DNA of 64,000 nucleotides from the human T2T-CHM13v2.0 reference genome, Homo sapiens, in the NCBI RefSeq assembly GCF_009914755.1, contig NC_060929.1; one strand, given 5' to 3'. Position 1 is the first letter of the stretch; each line of letters begins with the position of its first letter. The notes under the pieces are model-generated. The model had not been told where the DNA came from. It searched no databases and saw nothing but the letters and a program-made list of their open reading frames with translations. Both the position numbers and the translations under genes were made by a program. Shown in pieces: positions 26,667 through 55,472 of this stretch.

Positions 26667-29600
26667 GAAATTCTGGTTTGAAAATTCTTTTCTTTAAGAA
26701 TGTCAAATATTGGCCCCCACTCTCTTCTGGCTTGTAGGGTTTCTGCAGAGAGATCTGCTGTTAATCAGATGGGCTTCCCTTTGTGGGCAACCCATCCTTT
26801 TTCTTTGGCTGCCCTTAACATTTTTCCCTTCAATTCAACCTTGATGAATCTGACAATTATGTGTCTTGGGGTTGCTCTTCTCGAGGAGTGTTTTTGTGGT
26901 GTTCTCTCTATTTCCTGAATTTGAATGTTGGTCTGCCTTGCTAGGTTGGGGAAGTTCTCTTGGATAATATCCTGAAACATGTTTTCCAACTTGGTTCCAT
27001 TCTCCCTGTCAGTTTCAGGTACACCAATCAAATGTAGGTTTGGTCTCTTCACATAGTCCCATATTTCTTGGAGGCTTTGTTCATTCCTTTCATTCTTTTT
27101 TCTCTAATCTTGTCTTCTCACTTTATTTTATTAAGTTGATCTTCAATCTCTGATATCCTTTCTTCCACTTGATTGATTCAGCTATTGATACATGTGTATG
27201 TTTCATGAAGTTCTTGTGCTCTGTTTTTCAGCTCCATCAGGTAATTTATGTTCTTCTCTAAATGGGTTATTCTAGTTAGCAATTCCTCTAACCTTTTATC
27301 AAGGTTCTTAGCTCCCTTGCATTGGGTTAGAACATGCTCCTTTAGCTGGAAGGAGTTGTTATTACCCACCTTCTGAAGCCCACTTCTTTCAAATGTCACA
27401 CTCATTCTCCATCCAGTTTTGTCGCCTTGCTGGTGAGGAGTTGTGATCCTTTGGAGGAGAAGAGGCATTCTGGTTTTTGGAATTTTCTTCCTTTTTGCAT
27501 TGGTGTTTCCTCATCTTCATGGTTTTATCTACCTTTGGTCTTTGGTGTTGGTGACCTTCGGATGGAGTTTCTGTGTGGTGTTCCTTTTTGTTGATGTTGA
27601 TGCTATTGCTTTCTGTTTGTTATGTTTCCTTCTAACAGTCAGGCCTCTTTTCTGCAGGTCTGCTGGAGTTTGCTGGGGGTCCACTCCAGACCCTGTTTGC
27701 CTGGGTATCACCAGCAGATGCTGCAGAACAGCAAAGATTGCTGCCTGCTCCTTCCTCTGGAAGCTTTGTCCCAGAGGGGCACCCACCAGCTGCCAGCTGG
27801 AGCTCTCCTCTATGAGGTGTCTGTCAACCCCTGCTGGGAGATGTCTCAAGTCAGGAGGCACAGGAGTCAGGGACCCACTTGAGGAGGCATCTGTCCCTAA
27901 GCAGAGCTCAAGTGCTGTGTTGGGAGATCCACTGTTCTCTTCAGAGCTGGCAGGCAGGAATGTTTAAGTCTGCTGTAGCTGCCCCAGTAGCCACCTCTTC
28001 CCCCAGGTGCTCTGTTCCAGGGAGATGGGAGTTTTATCTATAAGTTCCTGACTGGGGCTGCTGCCTTTCTTTCAGAGATAGCCTGCCCAGAGAGGGGGAA
28101 TCTAGAGAGGCAGTCTGGCTGTAGCAGCTTTGCCATGCTGCAGTAGGCTCTGCCCAGTCCGAACTTCCCGGCGGCTTTGTTTACACTGTGAGGAAAAACC
28201 ACTTACTCAAGCCTCAGTAATGGTGGACACCCCTCCTCCCACCAAGCTCAAGCATCCCAGGTTGGCTTCAGACTGCTATGCTGGCAATGAGAATTTCAAG
28301 CCAGTGGATCTTAGCTTGCTAGTCTCAGTGGGGGTGGGATCCACTGAGCAAGAACACTTGGCTCCCTGGCTTCAGCCCCCTTTTCCAGGGGAGTGAAGAC
28401 TTCTGTCTCACTGGCTTTCCAGGGGCCACTGGAGTATGAAAAAGAAAAAACAAAAACAAAAAACTCCTGCAGCTAGCTCAGTGTCTGCCCAAACGGCCAC
28501 CCAGTTTTGTGCTTGAAACTCAGGGCCCTGGTGTTGTAGGCACCTGAGGGAATCTCCTGGTCTGTGGGTTGCAAAGGCCATGGGAAAAGCATAGTATTTG
28601 GGCCGAATAGCTCCAACTGTCATGGCATGGTCCCTCCTGGCTTCCCTTGGCCAGGGGAGGGAGTTCCCTAACCCCTTGTGCTTCCTGTGTGAGGTGACAC
28701 CCTCCTGCTGCTTCTGCTCGCCCTCTGTGGGTTGCACCTACTGTCTAACCAGTCCCAATGAGATGAACTGGGTACCTCAGTTGGAAATGCAGACATCACC
28801 CGCCTTCTCCATTGGTTTCCCTGGGAGCTGCAGACCAGAGCTGTTCCTATTTGGCCATCTTGCCCCAATCATCTGCCTTCATTATTTTTATTCAACATTG
28901 TATTGGTGGTTCTAGCTAGTGCAGTGAGACAAAAAAAGAAAGAAAAATTCTCCAGGTTGGAAAGAATAAGTAAAATTGTCTTTCTTTGCAGAAAACATTA
29001 TAATCTATGTAGAAAATCTTATGAAGTCTAGAAAATAGCTACTAGAATTAATAAGAAAGCTTTGTCATTTTCAGGATATAAAATCAATAAACAAAAATCA
29101 GTTGCACTTCTATATGCTATCAATGAACAATCAAAAATTTGAATTTTTAAAAATGTCATTTGTAATACCATCAAAAACCCAAGGGGTTAAATATCTAGGG
29201 ATAAATCTTATGAAGGATGCGTAAGACTGCACACTAAAACTATAAAACACTTAAAAAATTAAAGACATAAATCAACAGGGAAATATATAATGTCCATGGA
29301 TCATAAGACTCATAAAACAAAGATGTCTTGTCTCCAAAAATTGACTTATAGACTTCATGCAATCTCAGTCAAAATCTTATCAGAGATGAGATTTGCCATA
29401 GAAAACAGCAAGGTAATATCAAAATTTATAAGGAAATGCAAAGGACTTAGAATAGCCACTTGAAAATGAAGAACAAATTTGGAGGACTAACACTCTCTGA
29501 TTTCAAACTACAGCAATCAAAAGAATGTGGTGGCATTGGTATAAAGATAGACAGACAAATGGAAAAGAAAAGAGTCCAGATATTAATGTATTATACTCCC

Positions 29601-29931
29601 AACATTTATTTGTAAATAAATTATTTGAACACAAAACACAAATATTCTATATAAACTGGAAATATTATACATTATAGAAAGATTGCCGACACTGCCAACA
29701 AAAGCCTATTGAGCCCTCAATACCCCAAATTTACTGTTCTACTAGTATTACCATTGAATGTCACCACCACACTTAAATATGTTAACAAATTCTCCCATTC
29801 TTGGGTCTAATTGGCAAGCCCACCTGCTAGGAAATTGGAGGAGGAATTCTCTCCACTGTACCACTGGGGACCATCCCTGTAGCCAAGGATAGGAACTCTA
29901 GCACGGTAGGGGCTAAATAATTGTAGGGCTC

Positions 29932-30328
29932 TGATATGGTTTGACTCTGTGTCCCCACCAAAATCTTATGTTGAATTGTAATCCTCAATGTTGGGGGAGC
30001 CACCTGGTGGGAGGTGACTGGATCATGGGGGTGGATTTTCCCTTTGCTGTTCTTGTCATAGTGAGTGAGTTTGCACGAGATCTGGTTGTTTGAAAGTGTG
30101 TAGCACGTCCCCCTTTGTTCTCTCTCTCTCATGCTGGCCATGTGACAATGTGACTGCTTTTCTTTTCCTTCTGCCATGATTGTAAGTTTCCTGAGGCCTC
30201 CCCAGAAACAGAAGCCTGGATAGCCCACAGAACCATGTGCCAATTAAACCTCTTTTCTTTATAAATTACCCAGTTTCAGTTTTAGTTTCAGGTAGATCTT
30301 TATAGCAGTGTGATAAAGGACTAATATA
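29932..30328 (+). mobile_element. MSTA/THE1-type MaLR solo LTR
   Basis: tgatatggtttgactctgtgtccccacc...; TSD GGCTC (29927-29931 / 30329-30333). Confidence 0.92.
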
Positions 30329-30490
30329 GGCTCTCTATTGTAAGAGTTCCTAGGAGCATATTTCTTTCTAAATCTGCATTCTATCCCAACTTGGGAGCCC
30401 CAGGTGGGTTTCTTTTCTTCCTTAACTAATATTGAGAATAAATACCTATTCTGCTCTTAGTCATATTACCACATGGAGAGACTTCCTTAA

Positions 30491-30655
30491 AGCAGTAGTT
30501 CTCAAGCTTGTCTGCACATTACAATCACCTGGGGAGTTTCAAAACTACTGATGCCTGTGTTCCACCTCCACGGATTGTAATTTAATGGTTCTGGGATCGG
30601 GGAGCATAAGATACCCAAGTGATTCAAATGTGCAATCCAGCTTAAGAACCATTGC
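30491..30655. mobile_element. MER5A-type DNA transposon
   Basis: Termini cagtagttctcaa ... ttaagaaccattg. Confidence 0.75.
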
Positions 30656-31147
30656 CCTTGAGGAGTATTTCTAGCCTTGTAACTTGTCTGAACAGGGGGT
30701 TTAGGAGGTAAAACTGGAAAGCATGTTTCAGACACTTCTGGGTTATCTGCGGGATCTGACTGCCTGCAAATTCTACCAGTTCTGTACTGCTGTTCTGAGC
30801 CATCAATTTTATAAGAACAGGCCTTACGCAAGGGGCAGAGGGAGCAGTAAGTGGGAGAAGTCTACTCTTGCCCAGGAGTGACTATGACAAGATAATTATG
30901 TCTAACTTAGGCATGAGGAAGTATCAGCAAGCTTGTTTAGTCATAGACCTAAAGTCATCTAACCACTTACCTGCCCAACTTTTTATTTGAAAAAATTTCA
31001 AAGGCACAGAAAAGCTAAAATGATCCAATGACACCTATGTACTCTCCACCTACATACATAAATTGTTAACATTTTGTTCCAGTTGCCATCTCTCTCTCTA
31101 TCTCACTCACACTCCCTCTGCATGCACATGCATGCACATTTTTAATT

Positions 31148-31148
31148 T

Positions 31149-31191
<43 letters not shown>

Positions 31192-31202
31192 TTTTTTTTT
31201 TT
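31148..31202. repeat. (TTTA)n microsatellite
   Basis: Read directly. Confidence 0.95.
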
Positions 31203-31214
31203 GCTGAACATATA

Positions 31215-31650
31215 CAGCTGACACTTGAACGACATGGGTTTGAACTATGCAGGTCCACTTTGGTGAAATTTTTCAATTGTGCCTGCCTTTCCTGCCTCCC
31301 CTTCCACCTTCTCCAACTCTTTCACCTCTGCCACCAGAGACAGCAAAACCAACCTTTCCTCTTCCTCCTCCTGTTCAGCCTATTCAGTGTGAAAACAATG
31401 AGGATGAAGACCTTTATGATGATCCATTTCTACTTAATAAATAGTAAATATATTTCCTCTTCCTTATGATTTGCTTGATAACATTTCTCTAGCTTAATTT
31501 ATTATAAGAACATAATAAATAATACATATAACATACAAAATATGAAAGCTATTCGTAGTCGAGTTTTTGGAGAGCCAAAAGTTATATGTGGATTTTTGAC
31601 TGCACAGGGGATTGGCACTCCTAACCCCCATGTTGTTCAAGGGTGAACTG
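31215..31650. mobile_element. Tigger2a/MER28-like Tc1-mariner MITE
   Basis: TIRs cagctgacacttgaacgacatggg / cccatgttgttcaagggtgaactg; TA on both flanks. Confidence 0.87.
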
Positions 31651-32327
31651 TATATGTCCACAGGTATCTGCTAAGAATGAGGGAATCTTCTACTCAACCA
31701 CAATACCACTTTTACACTTACAGTTTAACACTGATAACATAATATTATCTAATATATGGTTCATATATAAATTTCTTCAATTTACCTCAAAAATTTCTTT
31801 ATAGCTATTTTAAAGGCCACATACTGCATTTGGTTTGTTTCTTTACTCTCCATAATGTAGAATAATCTCTTTCCTTTTTACTAGACATTGACACTTTTGG
31901 AAACTTCAGAACACTTGTGTCATAGAATGCCCTATAATGATTGTTCCTTATGATTTAATTCATGTTGAACCTTGAACAAGAATAGTATGTTGATGATTTT
32001 ATGCACTTCCTATTGCATCACATCAGGAAGAATGTGGTGTCACTTTGTCCCATTATCTAATGCTAAATTTAATCATTCAGATAGGGTAGTGCCCACCAGA
32101 TGTCCCCATTGTAAAGATAGCTTTTTCCTTTATACTTAATAAGTAATATGTGGGGTGATATTATGAGACCATACAAATATCCTGTTCCCCAACAAACTTT
32201 CACTCAATGTTTTTTGACAATCCTCACATGTATGAGTTAGTACATTGGTGGTTTCAAATAGTGATTTTCTAATTCTACCATTCCTTCTACATTTTTAACA
32301 GGTATTCTTCTGTTAAGAGCTTTTCTC

Positions 32328-34224
32328 ACTATTAGAAATGACAAAGGGAACTTTACCACTGACCTCACAGAAATACAAAAAACCTCCAGAGACCATTAGA
32401 AATTATGCACATAAACTAGAAAACCTATAAGAAATGGATAAATTGCTGAAAACATACAACCTCCCAAGACTGAATCAGGAAGAAATTGAAACCCTGAACA
32501 AACCAATAATGAGTTCTGAAATTGAATCAGAAATAAAAAGCCTACAATCAGAAAAAGCCCTGGACCATACAGACTCACAGCCAAATTCTACCAGACATAT
32601 GAAGAAGAGCTAGTACCATCGCTACTGAAACTATTCAAAAAAATTGAGGAGGAAGGACTTCTCCCTAACTCATTCTATGAGGCCAGCATCATTCTGATAC
32701 CAAAAACTGGCAGAGACACAGAAAAAAAAGAAAAAGAAAAAGAAACTTCAGGCCAATATCCTTGATAAACATAGATACAAAAATCTTCAACAAAATACTA
32801 GCAAACTGAATCCAGCAGCACATCAAAAAGCTAATCTACTATAATCAAGTAGGTTTATCCCTGGGATGCAAGGTTGGTTTAACATATACAAATCAATAAA
32901 TGTGAATCACATAAACAGAACTGAAAACACAACCACATGATCATCTCAATAGATGTAGAAAAGGCTTTCAATAAAATTTAACACCCTTTCATGTTAAAAA
33001 CATGAACAAACTAGGCATTGAAGGAACACACTTCAAAATAATAAAAGCCATCTATGACAAACCCACAGCCAACATTATACTGAATAGGCACAAGCTGGAA
33101 GCATTCCTCTTGAGAAGCAGAACAAGACGAGGATGCCCACTCTCACCGCTCCTATTCAACATAGTACTGGAACTCCTAGCCAGAGCAATCAGGCAAGAGA
33201 AAGATACAAACAGGAAGATAGAGTGTTAAACTATCTCTGTTTGCGACAATAGAATACCCCATAGTCCTAGAATAGAAAAAGAAACCCCATAGTCTTTGCC
33301 CAAAAGTTGCTAGATCTGATAAACTTCAGCAAAGTTTCAGGACAAAATATTAGTGTACAAAAATGAGTAGCATTTCTATACACTAACAACTTCTAAGCCA
33401 ACAGGCACATTAAGGACACAATTTATTTCACAATAGCCACAAAAAAATAAAATACCTAAGAATACAGCTCACCAGGGAGGTGAATGATCTCTACAACGAG
33501 AATTATGAAACATCATTGAAAGAAATCAGAGACCACACAAATGGAAAAACATTCCATGCACACGGATAGGAAGAATCAATATTGTTAAAATGATCATACT
33601 GCCCAAAGCAATTTATAGATTCAATGCTATTCCTATCAAACTACCAATGACATTTTTCATAAAATTGGAAAAAAACTATTTTAAAATTCACATGAAACTA
33701 AAAAAAGAGCTTGAATCATCAATGCAATCCCAAGCAAACAGAACAAAGCTGGAGACATCAAATTTCCCAACTTCAAACTTTACTACCAGGCTACAGTAAC
33801 CAAAACAGCATGGTACTGGTACAAAAACAGACACATAGACCAATGGAACAGAATATAGAGCCCAGAAACAAAGCCACACACCTATAACCATCTGATCTTC
33901 CACAAAGTTGACAAAAACAAGCAATGAGGAAAGTAATTCCTCAATAAATGGTGCTGGGATAATTGGCCAGCTATATGCAGAAGATTGAAACTGGACCCCT
34001 TCTTTCACCATATACAAAAATCAACTCAAGATGGATAAAAACTTAAATGTAAAACCTAAAACTATAAAAACCCTAGAAGAAAACCTAGGAAGTACCATTC
34101 TGGACACAGGCCCTGGCAAAGATTTCATGACAAAGATGCCAAAAGCAATTGCAACAAAAACAAAAATTGACAAGTGAGATTTAATTAAAATAAGTAAACT
34201 AAAGAACTCTGCACAGCAAAGAAA

Positions 34225-34273
<49 letters not shown>

Positions 34274-34306
34274 AAAGAAAGAAAAAGAAAGAAAGAAAGA
34301 AAAAGT

Positions 34307-34338
<32 letters not shown>

Positions 34339-35314
34339 AAAAAACTATCCACAGAGCAAGCAGACAACCTACAGAATGGGAGAAAATATTTGCAAACTAT
34401 GCATCCAACAAAGGTCAAATATCCAGAATCCATAAATAACAAAAAAATCAACAAGCAAAAAACAACCCATTAAAAAGTGGGCAAAGGAAATGAACAGATA
34501 CTTTTCCAAAGAAGATGGATGCATAACTAACAAGCATATGAAAAAATGCTCCACATCACTATTCATTAATGAAATGCAAATCAAAACCAAAAGGAGACAC
34601 CATCTAACCAGTCAGAATGGCTATTATTAAAAAGTCAAAAAGGTAACAGATGGTGGAGAGGTGCAGAGTAAAGGGAATGCTTACACACAACACAGTTGGT
34701 GGGAGTGTAAATTAGTGCAGCCACTGTGGAAAGCAGTTTGGCAATTTCTCAAAGAACTTAAAACAGAACTACAATTCAACCCAGCAATCCCATATATATA
34801 TATATGGTATATACTCAAAGTAATATAAATCACTCTACCATAAAGACACATATGAGCATGCATATGTTCATCACAGCACTATTCACAATAGCAAAGACAT
34901 GGAACCTAAATGCCTATCAATGGTAGACTGGATAAAGAAAATGTGATACATATACACCATGGAATACTGTGCAGCTGTAAAACAGAATGAGATCATGTAC
35001 TTTGCAGCAACGTAGATGGAGCTCGAGGCCATTATCCTAAGTGAACTAACACAGGAACAGAAAACCAAATACCACGTGTTCGCATTTACAAGTGGGAGCT
35101 AAACATTGAGTACACATGGACACAATGAAGGGAACAATAGACACCGGGGCCTACTTGAGGGTGGAAGGTTGGGGGAGGGTGGGGATTGAAAAACTATCAG
35201 GTACTAGGCTTATTACCTGGGTGATGAAATAATCTGTACCTCAAACCCTGAGGCACCTACCTATATAACAAACCTGCGCATGTGCCCCTGAACCTAAAAT
35301 AAAAGTTAAAAAAA
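32328..35314 (+). mobile_element. 5'-truncated older L1PA (PA13-16-like)
   Basis: ORF2 RT and C-terminal fragments, 3'UTR and poly-A; degenerate TSD aa(g/t)ag(c/t)ttttctc. Confidence 0.9.
34218..34343. repeat. (GAAA)n microsatellite inside L1 ORF2
   Basis: Read directly. Confidence 0.95.
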
Positions 35315-35744
35315 ATAGTTTTTCTCCCCCACTGCCTGTTTTGAGTATAATTATAAACTCAGGAATTCTGTTTACTTAATGAATTATAATCCATTATCGT
35401 CATTTTTCTTTTTTAAGCCAGATCTTGTGTCATTTTGATATATCCCCATTCATCTTTGACTAGTGTCTTTATTTTCGCTACAACAAGGTGTTTCAAACTC
35501 ATCTTGTATATTGCCTGCTCCAGACCTGGAAATAAACATTTCTCTAAGAAGCCCCTCATTCTTTTTAATAGGAAATGGTGTTTCTTTCTTTTCAGTAGTG
35601 ACAAGGAAGTTCTTATCGGTATCTGCCTGGCTCCTGCATCTCTCTCTAAGTTCATTACAAACTCAGGCAGAGGAAAAATAAGGTGTTATTGATTCACACC
35701 TTTTAAAATAAGGCATGAATTGATTCACACCTTTTCTCTTATAT

Positions 35745-36870
<1,126 letters not shown>

Positions 36871-37639
36871 GAAATGTCACTGTCACTTCCCCCCACTGAA
36901 CAAGCACACACCCTTTTTTTTTTTTTTTTTTTTTTTGGCCCTCTAAGGATTTCTACAGACAATGGGAAATCTGGTTAATGGGCTTCTTGCTAAGCTCTCT
37001 GTCCCTCCGCTACTCTCTCTGTTCCCCATTTTTCTTTTATGCCTAGTAGAGAAACACAAAAGCGAGACTGAAATTGATGAATTGATGATGAGACTTTATG
37101 AACACAAACTCAGTAAACAAATAGACTCCAAAAGTCTTCTAAAGTAGTGGGGGGGGTCTCTGAGGGAAGGAACAGAAACGGAACAGGAGCTGGCAACTTA
37201 TGTGAATCTTTGGAAGGGAGAAGGAGAAGGTAGGTGAGAGGGTAAAGGAAGGAAGTGCCTAACAGAGGACTTACTTTCATTCCCCCCTTACTCCAAAGGA
37301 TCTGCTCCTTTGCCACCATAAGATGTGGCACCACTAAAAATCTGCTCATCCCAGCACTGGAAATGGTTTGAAACAGAGAGCAGTGGTAATGGTTAAGGGT
37401 TACCACCAAAAGGATGTTGAGGAAGGTCTGAATTTTAGGAGTGATAGCTGGGAGGACAGCCAGAGACTAAATGGAATGATTCTTCAAAATTATATAAAAT
37501 TATTATGCTATGTGAAAATATTCTAACAGATTTTTAAAAACTCAAATGTTTCCCAACTCCTTTTACAATGCTAGCGTAACTCTGACATCAAATCTGATGG
37601 TCATAATAAATGCAAAGGGGAAGGGATAACACACAAAAG

Positions 37640-38560
<921 letters not shown>

Positions 38561-38632
38561 TGTGTCTATAAATTTTAACTATGAAATGATGTTCATTTTG
38601 TTTATGTAGAAATTAGAGATGTAGAAAAAATA

Positions 38633-38956
<324 letters not shown>

Positions 38957-39638
38957 TTAAACGTTTTTAAATGTTACATTTTAAAATTAAAAAAGCAAAA
39001 GTTTGCTATGTAAATATAAAAAGAGCCATTGTTTTTAAAAATATAAAAACTTTAATAGAAAATTGAGCAAACAACAAGCAAAGGAAGAATGCCAGGGATG
39101 AAATAGAAGTAGCTAAGAACTGTATGAAAGAGCTGGTTTTGGGTGATAGAGAGCCAGGGCTGGAGGCTTCTCTAGCTCTCTGGTTGCTTCTAAGGTAGTC
39201 ATGAGGGTGAAGCAGTCTCATGCCCCTATTGCAGCAGGGAGGTGTCAAGGGCACTTTTGTTCTGCTCTGCAGGGACTATAACTCCAATTGGTTGATCTGT
39301 TTAATACAATAAAATAGAGGCCAGACAGCCAGAGGAAATATTTCCTTTTCTAATGCCAAAACCGATATATTGGGAATGCTCCAGGGAAGACAAGGAAAAG
39401 AATCGAGTCCTTAAAAAGCTCTACCAACATGTCTGAGATGGCTGAACTACACATTTTTCTTTCAGAGAATGAATACTTGGGCTATTTGGGGGTTAAAAAA
39501 AAAGGATATTAAAGGACTCTCTTTAGACTGCAATGCTAGACTGAAGTTACCTGCACACACATCATTTATCAAGCTGATAATGCAGCACATCACCTGGAGC
39601 ATTCTGAAGGTGCAGTAGTGCTGCATGAAATCTAAAAC

Positions 39639-40149
39639 TGCAGTGGTTTGAAAAGATGGCCTCAGAACACTTTGAAATACCTCCCATTAAGAGGCGGGCT
39701 CTATGTTTCCTCCTGTGAATCTGGATGAGCCTGTGACTCAGCCAAAAATGTATGACAGAAGTGATGCCATGTGATTTCCAGTTAGGTCCCACAAAGCCCT
39801 GCAGCTTCCCCTAATTTTCTTGGACCACTCTCTGTTCAGATGTTCCTTCACTGGATACACATCCTTGGAGCCCAGCCACCATGCTGTAAGGAGCCAAGGT
39901 GTGGAAAGGCCAACTACTGGTACCCCACTGACTGTCACAGCAGAGCCCAGCCTTCAAGTCATCTCAGCCCAAGTACCAGATGTAAATCAAGCAGTCATCA
40001 GAGGATTCCAGGCCTCAGTCTTTTAAGACACTCCCAGCATTCTGAGTCTTCCCAGTTGAGGCCAAACATATCATAGCATAGAATAGGGATGAGCACATAT
40101 GCTATGTCCTGTCTGCATTTCTGATCTATGGAATCTGAGAGCATAACAA
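39639..40149 (+). mobile_element. MLT1-type LTR, 3' end lost
   Basis: tgcagtggtttgaaaagatggcc...ctcccattaagagg...gagcccagccaccatgctgtaaggagcc. Confidence 0.75.
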
Positions 40150-40444
40150 ATGGTATCTCCCATTTTGTTTCTTATCAAGCTTATTTGGATTTTCTCTCTT
40201 CTTTTATTGATTAATCTTGCTAATGGTCTATCAATGTTATTTATCTTTTCAAAGAACCAGCTCTTTGTTTTATTTATCTTTTGTATTGTTTTTGTTTGTT
40301 TCAATTTCATTAGTTCTGCTCTAATCTTGGTTATTTCCTTTCCTCTGTTGGGTTTGGGTTTTGTTTTTGTTTCTCTAGTACCTTGAGGTGTGACCTTAGA
40401 TTGTCTGTTTGTGCTCTTTCAGACTTTTTGATATAGGCATTTAG

Positions 40445-40804
<360 letters not shown>

Positions 40805-41034
40805 GAAGAATTTTTTAATTTCCATCTTGAATTCATTTTTTTACCCAACGATCATTCAGGAGCAGGTTATTTAATTTCCATGTATTTTCATGGTTTTGAA
40901 GGTTCCTTTTGGAGTTGATTTCCAGTTTCATTCCACTGTGGTCTGAGAGAGTGCTTGATATAATTTCAATTTTCTTAAATTTATTGAGGCTCATTTTGTG
41001 GGCTATCATATGGACTATCTTAAAGAAAGTTCCA

Positions 41035-41330
41035 GCTGGGCATGGTGGCTCATGCCTGTAATTCCAGCACTGTGGGAGGCCGAGGTGGGTGGATCATGAG
41101 GTCAGGAGTTCAAGACCAGCCTGACCAAGATGGTGAAACTCCATCTCTACTAAAAATACAAAAAAATTAGCCAGGTGTGGTGGCAGGCACCTGTAATCCC
41201 AGCTACTTGGGAGGGTGAAGTAGAGAATCACTTGAACCTGAGAGGCAGAGGTTGCAGTGAGCTGAGATCGCACCACTGCACTCCAATCTGGGTGACAGAG
41301 CGAGACTCTGTCTCAAAAAAAAAAAAAACA
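41035..41330 (+). mobile_element. AluS, immediately followed by a full-length L1
   Basis: Full Alu; 5' TSD aaagaaagttcca. Confidence 0.93.
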
Positions 41331-41332
41331 AA

Positions 41333-47760
<6,428 letters not shown>

Positions 47761-49945
47761 AAAAAAACACCAAAAATAAATAAATAAAAGAAAGCTCCAT
47801 GTGCTGTTGAATAGAATGTATGTTCTGCAGTTGTTGGATGAAATGTTCTGTATATATCTGTTAAGTCCATTTGTTCCAGGGTATAGTTTAAATCCACTGT
47901 TTCTTTGTTGATTTTCTGTCTTGATGACCGGTCTAGTGCTGTCAGTGGAGTATTGAAGTCCTGCACTACTATTGTGTTGCTGCCTATCTATTTCTTAGGT
48001 CTATTAGTAATTGTTTTATAAATCTGAGAGCTCCAGTGTTAGGTGCATATATGTTTAGGATTGTGATATTTTCCTTTTGGACAAGTCTTTCATCATTATA
48101 TAATGTCCCTCTTTGTCCTTTTAAACTACTGTTGCTTTAAAGTTTGTTTTGTCTGATATAAGAATAGCTACTCCTGCTCGCTTTTGGTGTCCATTTGCAT
48201 GAAATGTCTTTTTCCACCCCTTTACCTTAAGTTTATGTGAGTCCTTATGTGTTAGGTAAGTCTTTTGAAGGCAGCAGATGGTTGGGGGGTGAATTCTTAC
48301 ACATTCTGCCGTTCTGTATCTTTTAAGTGAAGCATTTAGGCCATTTACATTCAATGTTAGTATGAGATGTGAGTTACCATTCCTTTCATTGTGCTATTTG
48401 TTGTCTGTATACCTTGGTTTTTTGTTTTTAAATTGTATTTTTGTTTTATATGTCCTGTGAGATTTATGCTTTAAAGAGGTTCTGTTTTGATGTATTTCCA
48501 GGGTTTGTTTCAAGATTTAGAGCTCCTTTTAGTAGTTTCTTGTAGTGGTGGTTTGGTAGTGGTGAATTCTCTCAGCATTTGTTTATCTGAAAAAGACGGT
48601 ATCTTTCCTTCATATATGAAGCTTTGTTTCGCTGGATACAAAATTTTTGGCTGATAATTGTTTTGTTTGAGGAGGCTGATGATAGGGCCCCAATCCTTCT
48701 AGCTTGTAGGATTTCTGCTGAGAAATCTGCTGTTAATCTGATAGGTTTTCCTTTATGGATTACCTGGTGCTTTTGTCTCACAATTCTTCAGATTCTTTCC
48801 TTTGTCTTAACTTTAGATAACCTGATGACAATATGCCTAGGCAATGATCTTTTTGTGATACATACCCCAGGCATTCTTTGTGCTTCTTGTATTTGGATGT
48901 CTAGGTCTCTAGCAAGGCTGGGGAAGTTTTCTCGATTATTCCCCCAAATATGTTTTCCAAGCTTTCAGATTCTCTTCTTCCTCAGGAATGTTGATTATTC
49001 TTAGGTTTGGTCATTTAACATAATCCCAGACTTCTTGGAAGATTTGTTCATATTTTCTTATTCTTTTTTCTTTGTTTTTGTTGGATTGAGTTAATTTGAA
49101 GACCTTGTCTTCGAGTTCTGAATTTCTTTCTACTACTTGTTTGATTCTGTTTCTGAGACATTCCAGAGCATTTTGCATTTCTGTGTGTCCAATGTTTCCT
49201 GAAGTTTTGATTGTTTTCTTTATGCTATCTATTTCATTGAATATTTCTCCCTTCACTTCTCGTATCATTTTAAAAATTTCCTTACATTGGGCTTCACCTT
49301 TCTCTGGTGCCTCCCTGATTAGCTTGATGACTAACCTCCTGAATTTTTTTCAGGTAAATCAGGGATTTCTTCTTGGTTTGCATCTATTGCCGATGAGCTA
49401 GTGTGATTTTGGGGGGTATTAAAGAACCTTGTTTTGTCATATTACCAGAGTTGGCTTTCTGGTTCCTTCTCACTTGGAACCAGTGGCTCTGTCAGAGGAA
49501 AGGTCTAGGGCTGAAGGCTGTTGTTCAGATTCTTTTGTTTCCCTGTTCCCTTGATGTAGTATTCTCCCCCTTTTCCTATGGATGTGCTTCCTGAGAGCCA
49601 AGGTGTAGTGATTTTTATCGCTCTTCTGGATCCAGCCACCCAGCAAGTCTACCAGGCTCTGGGCTGGTACTGGATTGTCTGCGCAGAGTCCTGTGATGTG
49701 AACCTTCTGTGGGTCTCTCAGTCGTGAATACCAGAACAGTGTTTGGGGTGTCTCCCAGGTCCTGCAGGAACAATCCACTTCCTTCAGAGGGTTTGTGGGT
49801 CCTCTCGGGTTTCCTGATTTATTCCTGCAGTCGTTCTGGTTCCTCCACATGCTGCTCTGTCCGTCCGAGTCAAAGCTGCAATCTAGTCCTGCCACCTATC
49901 TGTCACGATCCCTAATGTCGAATGGATTTTAAAATGTAGTATTTA

Positions 49946-50334
<389 letters not shown>

Positions 50335-50337
50335 CTA

Positions 50338-50445
50338 GGCCAGGCACAGTGGCTCACACCTATAATGCTCTGGGAGGCTGAGGCAGGAGATCCCGCGAAG
50401 CCAAGAGTTCAAGACCAGCCTTGGCAGTACAGCAAGACCTCGTCT
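50338..50445 (+). mobile_element. Alu monomer/FLAM-like fragment
   Basis: Left-arm similarity only. Confidence 0.75.
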
Positions 50446-50804
50446 CCACCCTCTACTGTCTTTAAACACCTAAACTACATGTTTCTGTCTTATTTTAAAA
50501 ACAGTTTGTTAATTGTAAAAACAAGAAAAAGACAGACTGTGAAAGATCGATATGTTATTTAATCATCAACTAATTACAGGGAAAAGATTGAAATGTAGCT
50601 CTCATAATAGGGAAGAATCCCACCCATCTGTCTACTTTTAAACCATGATAATACTCTGTCCCATTTTCTTATTTCATGTATCACAGTAAAAGTTATTTAT
50701 CTATACAGCTAAGTTCTTTTTCCATATTAGCTCACATTGCCTTTGATTATAAGTGAGTGTCCATGTTTGCTACCTGGCTCTTTTCAGCCATAAAAACATA
50801 TCCT

Positions 50805-55472
<4,668 letters not shown>

